Assembly: GCA_963848295.1 (NCBI GenBank)
Contig: CAWKDB010000010.1
Span: 2,112,001 to 2,176,000 of the forward strand
Direction: 5' to 3'
From: an uncultured delta proteobacterium
Lineage (GTDB): Bacteria > Myxococcota_A > Polyangia > Haliangiales > Haliangiaceae
Length of the DNA: 64,000 bases
The notes below the pieces were generated by a model. The model ran no database searches. It worked only from the letters and a program-made list of their open reading frames with translations, and was not told the DNA's origin. The translations under genes and the position numbers were made by a program. How positions within the stretch are numbered: position 1 is the first letter of the stretch; each line of letters opens with the position of its first letter. Shown piece after piece: positions 44,183 to 54,271 of this stretch.

Positions 44183-44965
44183 GTGAGCCTGCCTGCGGTG
44201 ATGTTGATGATCGCGATGCTCGGGGCACCTGCCGCCGCCGAACGCACGATCGTTGTCGATATCGCCGCCAACGGACCGTTCACCGCCACCGAGCTGACCG
44301 AGGCCTTGCGCGTGCGGGTCAGCCCGACCGGGGCGCCGTTGCACATCCGCGTGACGACCACCGATGATGCCGTGCGCATCGACGCCGGCGGCACGGCGCG
44401 TGACCTCGAGCTCGGCGGCCGGCGCGGTGTCGATGCGGCGCGGCTCGTCGCGATCGCAGCGAGCGATTTGGCGCTCGATAACCTCGCCGCCACGCCGCCA
44501 CCGCCGCCGCGCCCGCCACCCACGTTCGCGATCGGTGCGCTCGGCGGCGCATCGGCGTTTACCGGCACGCTGGCCGGAGGCGCACTCGACTTCACGCTCG
44601 GCGGCGGGCCGTGGCTGTTCGATGGTTCGGTCGGCGGTGGCGCCTTGGTAGACGGGCCGATCCACGGCGACGACGTGATCGTGCGGATCGGCGGCGGCTA
44701 TCGCATCGGTTGGCTCGATGTGATCGCGAGCGCGACGTTCGCGCCGCTGATCGTGAGCGACGGTGCAGGCGATGTCACGGTGTTGCTCGGCGCAGGGGCG
44801 TCCGCGCGGTTGCGGATTCCGATCGCGGAGCGCGTGCACGCGATCATCGCCGCGGGCGCCGACGTGTTTGCGACGCGCACCGAGTACACGTCTGTGGGCG
44901 CGGACGTCACCGAGACTCCGCTCGTCGCGCCGTGGGTGGCCGCGGGCGTGGAGCTCGCGCCGTGA
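44183..44965 (+). CDS. Hypothetical secreted protein with C-terminal beta-barrel-like region
   Basis: Signal peptide, Pro linker and Gly-rich amphipathic strands; first gene of the ECF operon. Confidence 0.7.
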   Translation: MSLPAVMLMIAMLGAPAAAERTIVVDIAANGPFTATELTEALRVRVSPTGAPLHIRVTTTDDAVRIDAGGTARDLELGGRRGVDAARLVAIAASDLALDNLAATPPPPPRPPPTFAIGALGGASAFTGTLAGGALDFTLGGGPWLFDGSVGGGALVDGPIHGDDVIVRIGGGYRIGWLDVIASATFAPLIVSDGAGDVTVLLGAGASARLRIPIAERVHAIIAAGADVFATRTEYTSVGADVTETPLVAPWVAAGVELAP

Positions 44966-45567
44966 TCACCGACGTCGCGGCGCGCCGTTCGCGCGATCCA
45001 CTCGCCGACGAGGTCGCCTTGATCGAGCGCCACCTCGGCGGCGATGACACCGCGTTCGCCGAGATCTATCGCGCGCATGCCGCGGCGGTGTTTCGTCGGC
45101 TCGCGCGCATCCTCGGGCCCATTCCCGAGCGAGACGATCTACTGCAAGACGTGTTCGTGGCGTTGCATCGCGCACTGCCGAGCTTTCGCGGCGAGTCGCG
45201 ACTCGCGACGCTCGTCCATCGCATCGCGATCAACACCGCGTACGAGTATCTGCGGCGAACCCGCCGCCGGCCGACGACCTCGCTCGACGCCAGCGTGCTC
45301 GACGAGCTGATCGCGCCGCTCGCGTCGCCGGAAGCGCAGGCGCAATCGCGCGAGCATCTCGCGCGCGTGTTCGCGTGCGTCGCGCGGATCAAGCCGAAGA
45401 AGCGCATCGCTTTGCTGTTGCGCGTCGTCGAGGAGTTGTCGTTCGAGGAGATCGCCGGTCTGGTCGACGCAACGCCGGAGACGGTCGCGAAGCGCGTGCA
45501 ACACGGCCAGCGCGAGCTCGACGCGTTGATGCGGCGGGCAGACCGCGACGAGCGGAGGTTGGCATGA
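44962..45567 (+). CDS. ECF RNA polymerase sigma factor
   Basis: GDDTAFAEIYR, DDLLQDVF, FRGES-x-L-x-T-x2-HRIA-x-N and LSFEEIA...ETVAKRV motifs. Confidence 0.92.
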   Translation: MITDVAARRSRDPLADEVALIERHLGGDDTAFAEIYRAHAAAVFRRLARILGPIPERDDLLQDVFVALHRALPSFRGESRLATLVHRIAINTAYEYLRRTRRRPTTSLDASVLDELIAPLASPEAQAQSREHLARVFACVARIKPKKRIALLLRVVEELSFEEIAGLVDATPETVAKRVQHGQRELDALMRRADRDERRLA

Positions 45568-47183
45568 AGGACAACGAAGCGCTGCGGGTGGTGATGGCGG
45601 CCGACGATCAGCTCGACGACCTTCGTCGCGCGCGCAACTGGTCACGGATCGAAGCGCGGATCGGCGACGTGCCGAGATCGTGGCGCCGGTGGTGGATCGG
45701 GGGCGGCGCGGTGGTCGCGCTCGGCGCTGCGGTCGCGATCGTCTTTCGCCTCGCGACGAGCCATGCGGTTCCGGCGATCGAAGCTGCGCGTACGCTCGAC
45801 GCGCCGAGCGGCGCCACCCTCGCCACGACGATCGGCGAATCGGCTCACATCGCGTTGGTCGGCCCAGCCTCGCTCGTGGTCGGCTCGGAAGGCGCCGCAT
45901 CGGTCGTGCGAATCGAGCGCGGCATGTTGCTGACCTCGTTCGACGGCGGCCCGGGCCGGTCGCTGCGCGTCGAAGCACCCGGCGCGATCGTCGATGTGGT
46001 CGGCACGCTGTTCTCGGTCGAGGCCAAGCGCGGAGCGACGTGCGTCTCGGTCGCGCATGGCCGGGTCAAGGTCGCGATGGACCGCGGCACGATCATGCTC
46101 GGCGACGGCGAGCGTGTATGCACCGACGACGGGACCACGCGGGCGATCGACGAGCAGATCAAGGCGATGCTGCTCGAGCATGAAAGAACGCGCGCTGCGG
46201 CTCCCGCCGCCGGTTCCGGTTCCGATGCCGCACCTGCGGCCGCTGCCGCACCTGCGGCCGCTGCCGCTCCCGCTTCCGCTGCCGCACCCGCTGCCGTTGC
46301 CGCACCTGCGGCCGCTCCCGCTGCCGTCGCCGCAGCCGCTTCCGCTTCCGTTGACGCTTCCGCTTCCGTACCCGCTTCCGTTGCCGCTTCCGCTTCCGTA
46401 CCCGCTTCCGCTTCCGTACCCGCTTCCGTTGCCGTTGCCGCTTCCGTACCCGCTGCCGCTCCCGTTGCCGCTTCCGTACCCGCTACCGCTGCCGTTGCCG
46501 CTTCCGCACCCGCACCCGTTCCCGCTGCCGCACCCGCTGCCGCAGTTCCAGCTCCCCGTTCCGCTTCCACGGTTCCGTATTCCGCTGCTACTCCCACCGC
46601 GACGCTTCCCTCGGTGACAAGTCCGGCTTCGCCGACACCGACGCCTCCGCCGACGACTCCTGCTCCTACCGCCGCCGCAGCTCCTGCCCCCGTGGCGGTG
46701 CCACCGTCGGCCGAAGAGCTCTATCGCCAGGCCGACGCCGCGCGCTCGCGCGGTGACGCCGCCGCTGCGGATCACGCTCTCGCGAAGCTGGTCACCGCGT
46801 TCCCCTCCTCTGCGCTCGTCGATCAGGCGCTCTACGATCGCGCGCGTCTCGCCTACGATCGCCACGCGTGGCCCGATGCGCGCGCCGCGCTCGCGAAGCT
46901 CGCGACGATCGAGCACTCGCCGCTCGCCGAGCCCGGTCAGTACTTCGCGTGCCGCGTCGCACTCGCCGCCGGAGACGCCGGTGCGGCGCGGTGCTGGATC
47001 GCGTATCGCGCCGCGCACCCGCACTCGCCTCACGATCTCGACGTGCTCGAGCTGATCGTCCAGCTCGCCCACTCCCATGGCGGTTGCACCGCCGCTCGCG
47101 CACCGCTCGCCGATCTCGTTCACGCGTACCCGCACGCGACCGCGACCGCGGCCTGGCTCGCGCGCTGTCCGGAGAGCAAATGA
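45564..47183 (+). CDS. FecR-like anti-sigma factor (TM, FecR domain, Ala/Pro/Ser linker, TPR)
   Basis: VDVVGTLFSV and VSVAHGRVKV FecR motifs; FPSSALVDQALYDRAR TPR. Confidence 0.85.
   Translation: MKDNEALRVVMAADDQLDDLRRARNWSRIEARIGDVPRSWRRWWIGGGAVVALGAAVAIVFRLATSHAVPAIEAARTLDAPSGATLATTIGESAHIALVGPASLVVGSEGAASVVRIERGMLLTSFDGGPGRSLRVEAPGAIVDVVGTLFSVEAKRGATCVSVAHGRVKVAMDRGTIMLGDGERVCTDDGTTRAIDEQIKAMLLEHERTRAAAPAAGSGSDAAPAAAAAPAAAAAPASAAAPAAVAAPAAAPAAVAAAASASVDASASVPASVAASASVPASASVPASVAVAASVPAAAPVAASVPATAAVAASAPAPVPAAAPAAAVPAPRSASTVPYSAATPTATLPSVTSPASPTPTPPPTTPAPTAAAAPAPVAVPPSAEELYRQADAARSRGDAAAADHALAKLVTAFPSSALVDQALYDRARLAYDRHAWPDARAALAKLATIEHSPLAEPGQYFACRVALAAGDAGAARCWIAYRAAHPHSPHDLDVLELIVQLAHSHGGCTAARAPLADLVHAYPHATATAAWLARCPESK
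46197..46570 (+). repeat. Low-complexity coding repeat (GCTTCC/GCTGCC/GTACCC hexamers; ASASVP/AAPA)
   Basis: 6-bp periodicity visible in the DNA. Confidence 0.85.
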
Positions 47184-47404
47184 TCCAGGCCTTGTCGAGA
47201 GCTATCGCGGTCGTCGTCGTCGTCGCCCTCACCATCGTCGGGCTCGCAGCGTGCGTTCGCCACATCGATCTCTATCGCAACGCGCCTCCCGCCGATGCGC
47301 GCCGCAACGACAGCGGCAGCCTCGACGACGTCCCCAGCGACGGCTTCATCAACGACGGCTTCATCGGCGATGCCCGGCCGCTCGATGCGCTCGGCTCCGA
47401 TTAG
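47180..47404 (+). CDS. Small acidic lipoprotein
   Basis: Lipobox LAAC; ATGA overlap with the upstream gene; DGFINDGFIGDA. Confidence 0.65.
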   Translation: MIQALSRAIAVVVVVALTIVGLAACVRHIDLYRNAPPADARRNDSGSLDDVPSDGFINDGFIGDARPLDALGSD

Positions 47405-47408
47405 CGAC

Positions 47409-49223
47409 CTAACGGATCTCGTTCGTCCACACGCAGCGATAGCGGTGCGAGGCGGCGACGTTCTCCCACGTCATGTACGTCGAGTACTGATCGTTGAAAG
47501 CGGTGTCGACGTTGCTCCAGCGCACGACCATCACGTTGTCGACTGCACCCGCGCCACCGCCGTAGTCCGACGCCCAGATCCACGGATCCGCCATCGTCGC
47601 GGTGCCGTTCGGCAGACCGGCGCGGATCGCCTCGGTCAGATCGCGCTCGGTCGCGAGCGTGCCGCCCGACGCCTGGCAATCGCCATACGCCGCACCGAGC
47701 GTGGCCGACGCGCGATCTTGGCTGTCGAACCACATCGTCGGCGCAGTCGCGCCCGGCAGCGAGACCGTGAAGCAGCCGGCGTAGCAGGTCGGCGCCGTCA
47801 CGGTCGGGTCGATCGGATAGTAGATGCAGCGGAACGGATGCGAGGGGTCGGTCTTGTAGACCCACGTCACGGTGTTGTCGGCCGCCGCGGTGTACGCGTA
47901 CGAGAACCGGCGATCGAGCGCGGTCCAGTACAACACCTCGGCGAGGAACTGGCCAGCGCCGGTCATCGGGTCCGTGACCTGGAACCCGTCTTGATCCGCG
48001 GTCCACAACGCGGCGCCGCTGCCGTTCGGCAGCCCCTGCGAGACGAGCTCGCCGAGCTCGGCGGTGTATGGCAGGTGGCCGCCGGCTTGCGTACATGCAT
48101 CGTGGGCCGACGCCCAATCCGTCGACGCGTGATCGTCGGTCTCGCCGGTGTAGGTGCTCGTCGGCGGCACGAACCCGCCGGTGATCGCGTTGCTGTTCGG
48201 CGACACCAGGTCGCTGCGCCCGATGCAGCGGAACGGCGCGGGCGTGCGCAGATCGGTGTACGACAGATTGCCGCTCGGCTCCCACGACGTCGTGTCGCCG
48301 CTCCACTTGAGGGTCACCGCCGCGTAGTACGCGAAGTTGTCGGCGGTCTCGATCAGTGCGCCCGAACCCGGCAAGCCGGTGCGAATCGCCTGCGCGAGCT
48401 GCGTCGAGCTCGCGAGGTGCGCGCGATCGTTGATGCACTCCCACTGCGCGGCGCTCGTACGCAACGGCGGGCGATCGACCGCATCGATGTTGTACGCCCC
48501 GAACGCGGAGCACGCCGCGCCGGTCGGGCCGTTGCAGTGCGCCGCGCTGAAGGTCCGAGGCTGCGGCTCGCTGCACACGCAGCGATACGCGGTCGGCGTC
48601 GTCGCGACTGCGGTCGAGGTGGCGCCGTCGCTCAGCCGGACCGTCGCTTGATCGAGCATGTCCTCGGGGACTTCGGTCCACAGAAAGTCCGTGTTGAAGC
48701 TCTGGCCGACCGCACCCGATTGCGTCGCCGAGACGCGAAACAGCTCGCTCGCGGTCGGTAACCGCGCGCCGAACGCCTTGCAGTCGTCGGTCGCGGCGTC
48801 GAGTGCCGCGGCGGTGCGATCGAGCCCGTCCCAGGTCTCGCCCCACGGGTCCTGGATGCTCGACATCAACATCGTCGGGTCGCACGGGACCTGGCATTGG
48901 CTCTCGACGCAGACGTCGCCGGTCGTGCACGCGTTGCCGCAGCCGCCGCAGTTCGCGGCATCGCTCGTGGAATCGACGCAGCTGCCGTCGCACTCGAGTT
49001 GATCGGTCGGGCAGCTCGCGCCGCACGTGCCGTTGCCGCACACCTGATCGCTCGCGCACGCGCTGCCGCACGCGCCGCAGTTATTGTTGTCGGTGCCGAG
49101 ATCGACGCACACGCCGCCGCACGTCGTTTGATCCGCCGTGCATTGGTCGTGGCCACCGCCGCAACCGATCGCGGCGCCAACAAGGCACAGCCAGATCCAC
49201 GCGCCTCCGTATCTCGAGCCCAT
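47409..49223 (-). CDS. Lipoprotein with two Stig1-like Cys repeats and four C-type-lectin/DUF1566-like modules
   Basis: CVD-x3-D-x2-NCG-x-CG-x-AC twice; four A-x3-C-x6-L...W...(F/Y)RC modules. Confidence 0.8.
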   Translation of the reverse strand: MGSRYGGAWIWLCLVGAAIGCGGGHDQCTADQTTCGGVCVDLGTDNNNCGACGSACASDQVCGNGTCGASCPTDQLECDGSCVDSTSDAANCGGCGNACTTGDVCVESQCQVPCDPTMLMSSIQDPWGETWDGLDRTAAALDAATDDCKAFGARLPTASELFRVSATQSGAVGQSFNTDFLWTEVPEDMLDQATVRLSDGATSTAVATTPTAYRCVCSEPQPRTFSAAHCNGPTGAACSAFGAYNIDAVDRPPLRTSAAQWECINDRAHLASSTQLAQAIRTGLPGSGALIETADNFAYYAAVTLKWSGDTTSWEPSGNLSYTDLRTPAPFRCIGRSDLVSPNSNAITGGFVPPTSTYTGETDDHASTDWASAHDACTQAGGHLPYTAELGELVSQGLPNGSGAALWTADQDGFQVTDPMTGAGQFLAEVLYWTALDRRFSYAYTAAADNTVTWVYKTDPSHPFRCIYYPIDPTVTAPTCYAGCFTVSLPGATAPTMWFDSQDRASATLGAAYGDCQASGGTLATERDLTEAIRAGLPNGTATMADPWIWASDYGGGAGAVDNVMVVRWSNVDTAFNDQYSTYMTWENVAASHRYRCVWTNEIR

Positions 49224-49245
49224 CGCCGCTAATTATAGCGCGGGC

Positions 49246-50718
49246 TCAATGCGAGACGGTGAAAACACCGCTATCGAGGAAGCCATAGCTGAACGGGAAC
49301 GGGTGGACAGTGAGATCGCCCACCTCGGCGTTCGGAAAGCCACCGTCGAAACACACCACGCGCAGCGTGTAGGTCCCGTCCGCGAACAGCTCCGGCGGGA
49401 ACGTGAAGCTCGGTTGATCGCTCGAGGCGTTGAACACCTCCTGATACTGCAACGCCGTAGCCCCGGCGTTCGGCACGAGCGCGTAGAGGTGGAGCTGGTA
49501 CAGCGTGGTCGTCGTGAGATCGGTCGTCACCGTCACGCTGACCGGCTGGGTCGAATCGAGCGCGACCGTGACGCCGTCGGTCGTCAGCGGCACGCCCGCG
49601 AGCGTGATCGTGTCCGGCATCGCCGCCGGGAAGTCGATCGACGCGCTGGCATCGGCCGCGACGATCTGCACGACCTGCGAGTACAGCGTGACCGGCAGCG
49701 CGGGCATGGCCGGCGTGAACGAGCGCGATGCGGTGTCGTAGGCGGTGAGGTACGGGGTCCAGCTCTCGGTCGTCGCGAACGGATTCGCGTACGAGATCGG
49801 GATCATCGTATCGGTCTCGGCCGCCGCGCCTTGTTGCAGCACCGCGCCGATCGCGAAGCCTGTGCCCGGCACCGCGTTGATCCGCCAGGCCAGCCCTCCG
49901 GACGTATCGGCCGGCATCTGGGCCGCAAACCGCGCCGCGTCCATCGAAGGATCGAGCGGCACGGCGACCGTCGTCGTCGGGGCGAACGCGGACAGCGAGC
50001 CGAACACCAGCGTCGAGCTCGTGTCACTTTGGTCCATCGCGGTCGCCGTTCCGACCGCGGTCAGCGCGTTGTTCTCGTAGCGCAGCAGCAACAACGAGTC
50101 GGCGGTCGTGAACTTCTGCAGCGGCAGGCCCGCATACGGGTTCACGGCGTCGGAGTAGTTGAACGTGGTGTTCACCGCGGTCGTACCGAGCGCGGGCAGC
50201 CCGCCGGCGGGCACCGAGTATTGCGTCCACGTTCCCGCGGCCATGAACATCAAGCTCTCGGTCGCCGCGAACGGCGTCGGCAGGGTCGCTTGCAAAGTCA
50301 CGGTGGCAGCGTCGGCAGGCGGCTGCGAATTCGGGTGGCCGTAGAAGTCGAAGCCATAGGTCTGCGTGCGCGATGGCAACGACATGATGTGATCGAGCGT
50401 CATCGGGTAGTCGGGAAGCGTGAACACGACCGAAGGCGTGCCGTCGATCTGCGCCGACCACTCACTCCCGCTCTCGGCTGCGACGGTTTCTGAGATCGAC
50501 GTCGGGTCGTCCGGGTCGGTGGTATAGAACGTGGCGCTATTAATGCTGATGTCCTGCGGCTCGGTGACGATCGACGTACCGATCGAGACTCGCGTGATAT
50601 CGAGGGTGACGAGGTCCTGCGGTTGGCCGTCCGGGCCGCTGGTGTTGTCGATCCCGAACAGCTGCGCGCAGCCGCCGCTCGCCAGGGCGAGCGCAGAGAC
50701 CACCGCCAGACGTGCCAT
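49246..50718 (-). CDS. Hypothetical beta-rich lipoprotein (CAQLFGID N-terminus)
   Basis: Signal peptide with GGC; T/P/A-rich beta-strand composition. Confidence 0.78.
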   Translation of the reverse strand: MARLAVVSALALASGGCAQLFGIDNTSGPDGQPQDLVTLDITRVSIGTSIVTEPQDISINSATFYTTDPDDPTSISETVAAESGSEWSAQIDGTPSVVFTLPDYPMTLDHIMSLPSRTQTYGFDFYGHPNSQPPADAATVTLQATLPTPFAATESLMFMAAGTWTQYSVPAGGLPALGTTAVNTTFNYSDAVNPYAGLPLQKFTTADSLLLLRYENNALTAVGTATAMDQSDTSSTLVFGSLSAFAPTTTVAVPLDPSMDAARFAAQMPADTSGGLAWRINAVPGTGFAIGAVLQQGAAAETDTMIPISYANPFATTESWTPYLTAYDTASRSFTPAMPALPVTLYSQVVQIVAADASASIDFPAAMPDTITLAGVPLTTDGVTVALDSTQPVSVTVTTDLTTTTLYQLHLYALVPNAGATALQYQEVFNASSDQPSFTFPPELFADGTYTLRVVCFDGGFPNAEVGDLTVHPFPFSYGFLDSGVFTVSH

Positions 50719-50781
50719 CGAAGTGCATCGTAACAGAGCCAGCGGGCAACGCTGCATGCCACACGGAGTGTCTTAGGCCAC

Positions 50782-53022
50782 GTGAGAGGGAGGCTCGCCG
50801 TGCTGGCGATCTCGGCCGGTTTCGGTTCCTCGGCGCGCGCCGAACCACCGAGCACGCCCGCTGCACCGATCGCCGCGAGGGTCGTCCGCGGCGTCGTCAC
50901 CGGCGTGAAATCGACGACGCCGATCGCGAACGTCACGGTGTTCAACGACGCGGGCGCGGTCGCGGTCACCGACATCGACGGTTATTTCACGATCGAGGTC
51001 GCGCCGACCGCGCGACAGCTGACCTACGTCAGCCCGGGCTACCTCACGCTCACGGCACCGATCCGCGACGGTGTGTTCCACGTCGAGCTCGTGCCCGACC
51101 CGACCTCCGAGGTCATCGAGGTCGTCGGCCGCGCCCCCGATGGCGCGAAGGCGTTGAGCTACAGCCTGACCGCGGACGAGGTCAAGAACATCCCGGGTGC
51201 CGGCGACGATGTCTTGCGCGCCGCCCAAGCGCTCCCCGGTGTTGCTCGCATCCCGTTCTCGTTCGGCGGGCTGGTCCTGCGCGGTTCGTCGCCGCGCGAC
51301 ACGAGTGTGTTTCTCGACGGGATCGAAGTGCCGTTCGCGTTTCACTTCGGCGGCATCGCTTCGTTCTATCCGTCGCAGATGCTCTCTGACTTGTCGATCC
51401 AGAACGGCAACTTCGACGCATCGTACGGCCGGACCGAAGGCGGGCTCGTCACGCTCACGACTCGCGATCCGCGAATCGACAAGTGGCGTGCCGGCGGTCA
51501 GATCGGCCTGCTCGACTCCGGCGCATGGGCCGAGGGGCCGCTGCCCGACGGAGGCGGCGTGATCGTCGGGGTTCGCCGGTCGTACCTCGACGCGGTCGCC
51601 GCGCCGTTCGTCGACGCCGACACCCCGCTGCCGAGTTACTGGGACGCGCAACTGCGCACCGCGTGGGGCAATCCGAAAGACAGCGGACGGATCACACCCG
51701 AAGCCTTCTTGTCGATCGACTCGATCGCGAGCCCGAAGCTGCAAGCGACCGCCGCGTTCGTGCGCCTCGCAGCGCCGTACACCAAGCAGTGGGGTGATCT
51801 GACGCTGCGGCTCGTGCCCTGGGTCGGTTGGACGGACGTGTCGTTCACGAACACCGACGACGATGGCAAGGTCACGACGTTCGCGCGCCCGTCCTGGCCT
51901 GGCGGCTTGCGCGCCGACGTGACGCAAGAGGCGTCGTGGGGCCAGCTCGCGGGCGGCCTCGAGTACGACGCCGGTCACCTCGAAGCGACCCAGTACGGCG
52001 TCGGCACCGGCAATCGCGTGATGAACGACGTGCCGGACGGCTCGTCGACGGTGAACTGGTCGGACATCGCGCTGTGGACGGCGGCGCGCTTCGATCTCGG
52101 CAAGCGACTCCAGATCCGGCCGGGTATCCGCGTCGAGTCGTACCTGACGACCGGCGAGCTCGTGGCCGATCCGCGACTCAACACGCATATCCAGCTGACC
52201 GATTGGCTCGGGTTTCGCCAGGGCCTCGGGCGTTATCACCAACCGCCTTCACCCGCGGACACCGACAAGGTCTCGGGCAACCCGCTGCTCAAGAGCTCGT
52301 ACTACGACCAAGCCTCGGTCGGGTTCGATGCCGCGATCGCGACCGGCTTGACGGCTTCGCTCACCGGCTATTACAGCTATGGTCAGAACATCCCGGTCGC
52401 CGCGAATGATCCTGCGTTCCCCGGCCACCCGGCGGTCCAACCCGATTTCGGTGGGCTCGGTCCGACGTTCCAGGAGCTGCTCGAGAAGGAGCTCGGCGCG
52501 TCGGGCTACGAGGACAACTCGGGGCGTGCGAAGAACTACGGCCTCGAGCTGTCCGTGCGCTACTCGAGCGCGTGCTGGTTCGCGATGTTGTCGTACACGC
52601 TCGCGAGCGCGCAGCGCACCGACGATCCGGCCGCCGACGCCGGCTGGCATCCGTACGAGCTCGACCAGCTCCACAACCTCAACGCGGTCGGCTCGTATCG
52701 CTACAAGCACTGGCAATTCGGCGGCCGCCTCCAGCTCGTGAGCGGCGACCCGTACAGCCCCGTGGTGGTCAACGCCGCGGGCAACGAGATCACCGAGCCG
52801 TGGGCCGGGACGCTGCCGATGTTCTTCCAGCTCGATCTCCGGATCGATCACCGCTGGTATCCGCACTACGGGACGGTCGATCTCTACTTCGACATCCAGA
52901 ACGTCACGAACCACCACAACATCGAAGGCCGCGAGTTCGACGAAGGCACCGGCCGAGAAAACGACACCTACGGCCTGCCGATCATCCCGTTCATCGGCGT
53001 CGAGCTGATCCCGAAGGGCTAA
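50782..53022 (+). CDS. TonB-dependent receptor with N-terminal carboxypeptidase-regulatory-like domain
   Basis: VRGVV...TDIDGYFTI; plug region IPGAGDDVLRAAQALPGV...RGS...LDG; barrel ends QLDLRID...DIQNVTN...PIIPFIG. Confidence 0.9.
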   Translation: MRGRLAVLAISAGFGSSARAEPPSTPAAPIAARVVRGVVTGVKSTTPIANVTVFNDAGAVAVTDIDGYFTIEVAPTARQLTYVSPGYLTLTAPIRDGVFHVELVPDPTSEVIEVVGRAPDGAKALSYSLTADEVKNIPGAGDDVLRAAQALPGVARIPFSFGGLVLRGSSPRDTSVFLDGIEVPFAFHFGGIASFYPSQMLSDLSIQNGNFDASYGRTEGGLVTLTTRDPRIDKWRAGGQIGLLDSGAWAEGPLPDGGGVIVGVRRSYLDAVAAPFVDADTPLPSYWDAQLRTAWGNPKDSGRITPEAFLSIDSIASPKLQATAAFVRLAAPYTKQWGDLTLRLVPWVGWTDVSFTNTDDDGKVTTFARPSWPGGLRADVTQEASWGQLAGGLEYDAGHLEATQYGVGTGNRVMNDVPDGSSTVNWSDIALWTAARFDLGKRLQIRPGIRVESYLTTGELVADPRLNTHIQLTDWLGFRQGLGRYHQPPSPADTDKVSGNPLLKSSYYDQASVGFDAAIATGLTASLTGYYSYGQNIPVAANDPAFPGHPAVQPDFGGLGPTFQELLEKELGASGYEDNSGRAKNYGLELSVRYSSACWFAMLSYTLASAQRTDDPAADAGWHPYELDQLHNLNAVGSYRYKHWQFGGRLQLVSGDPYSPVVVNAAGNEITEPWAGTLPMFFQLDLRIDHRWYPHYGTVDLYFDIQNVTNHHNIEGREFDEGTGRENDTYGLPIIPFIGVELIPKG

Positions 53023-53314
53023 GGCAACGTTTCGAGCGACGTGCCGCGCGCGCTGGCTGCGCTGTCACGGAGTCCTGCGCGCGGCGCGCGATCGGCGGTG
53101 CGGAACAATGGGCGGTGCATCGCGTTTTGCTACGCCGGCGCATGATGATCGACTTGGAAGTTACGCGCTTGGACCCCGTGCAGCTCCGCCTGTCGCGCGC
53201 GCTCCCGCGATCGCTGTCCTGGATTGGGACAGCGACGGTGTGTTCGAGATCCGGAGCTCGGGTTTCGAAGAAGCATGCTTGAAAAGCGCTGCGTGAATCT
53301 TGTAGAAAGATCCA

Positions 53315-53445
53315 ATGAGGTCGTGTGGCGGGTTGGTAGCGCTGGTGACGGTTGCGTGCACGTCGTCGTCCACGGCTCCGAGCAGGCAGGATTGCGAGAA
53401 GCTGCGTGACCACATGATCGACGTGCGGCTCGCGAGCGGATCGAA
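53315..53445 (+). pseudogene. N-terminal fragment of a Cys-patterned lipoprotein
   Basis: Lipobox TVAC then DCEKLRDHMID; the sequence loses protein-like character afterwards. Confidence 0.5.
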
Positions 53446-53562
53446 CGGGCGCGTCCGGCAACGCTGTCAACACAACGGTCTTCAGCGCCGCCGCTATCGG
53501 CGTACGCGTTATCGTCAACGATCTATCGGGAACCGTTGTTACGGTTATCCGAGGTCTCACGA

Positions 53563-53874
53563 ATGAACAGATCGTTAACTGACTCGATGAGATTACGTCG
53601 AGCCATCCGCGATGTTCTGCTTTCGGAATGGGACCCGATTGGCATAAGACAATTTGAGGAAGCTTCTGACGAGTACGATTCCTACATCGGAGATGTGTTT
53701 TCTCTGCTCGAAGGCGGCAGATCGACGAGAGAGGTTCATGAGTACTTGTGGAATCTTGAAACTGTCCACATGGGACTGACTGGTAACTCCTTGCACACAA
53801 GGAAGATCGCGGATCGCTTGATATCACTGTTCGCGAACGACGCATCACCTGTCGGTTCGGAATCAGACGAGTAG
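53563..53874 (+). CDS. Small hypothetical protein of WDPIG/DEYD type (DUF1871-like), low GC
   Basis: EWDPIGI...DEYDSY; GAGGT Shine-Dalgarno at 53551; AT-richer codon usage. Confidence 0.75.
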   Translation: MNRSLTDSMRLRRAIRDVLLSEWDPIGIRQFEEASDEYDSYIGDVFSLLEGGRSTREVHEYLWNLETVHMGLTGNSLHTRKIADRLISLFANDASPVGSESDE

Positions 53875-54271
53875 GCCCGGGTACAGTGCCGGCCATGTCG
53901 CTAAGGAGCCGTGCAGAGATAACCTGATCACCAGACTGGCCGGGAGGCGCGGTCGAGCCTATCACGCGGACCGGAACCAGCGACACGCTCGCCTTCCGCT
54001 CCTAAGCCGGCCACGACACGCCGAAACGCGTGGTTGCCATTCGCGAGCGTGCCGCGCCTGCAGCAGTTGGCAGCAGCTACCGCACGCAGCCGTGCGCCGC
54101 ACGCGTGTCGCAGGATCACTCGTCCTCGGCTTCGGCCCGACGGCGGCGGGAGCGATTTGGCGCCCGGCGTGGCCGAAGTACACGCGATGACAAGAATCGG
54201 CCGAGCCAGACGCAGCACCGCGTTGTACATTTTGACCGTAACTAGTCGCCCTGCTCGCTCGTACACTGGAC

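Noticed and set aside
47409..49223. DGR target gene
   Set aside because: The modules are CLec-like, but no template/variable repeat pair differing at adenines and no DGR RT were seen.
53470..53545. Integron attC site
   Set aside because: Only an 8-bp inverted repeat; poor fit to RYYYAAC/GTTRRRY, no L boxes, no second site and no integrase.
53880..54260. Structured ncRNA or riboswitch upstream of msrA
   Set aside because: Some short inverted repeats, but no recognisable family motif; insufficient support.
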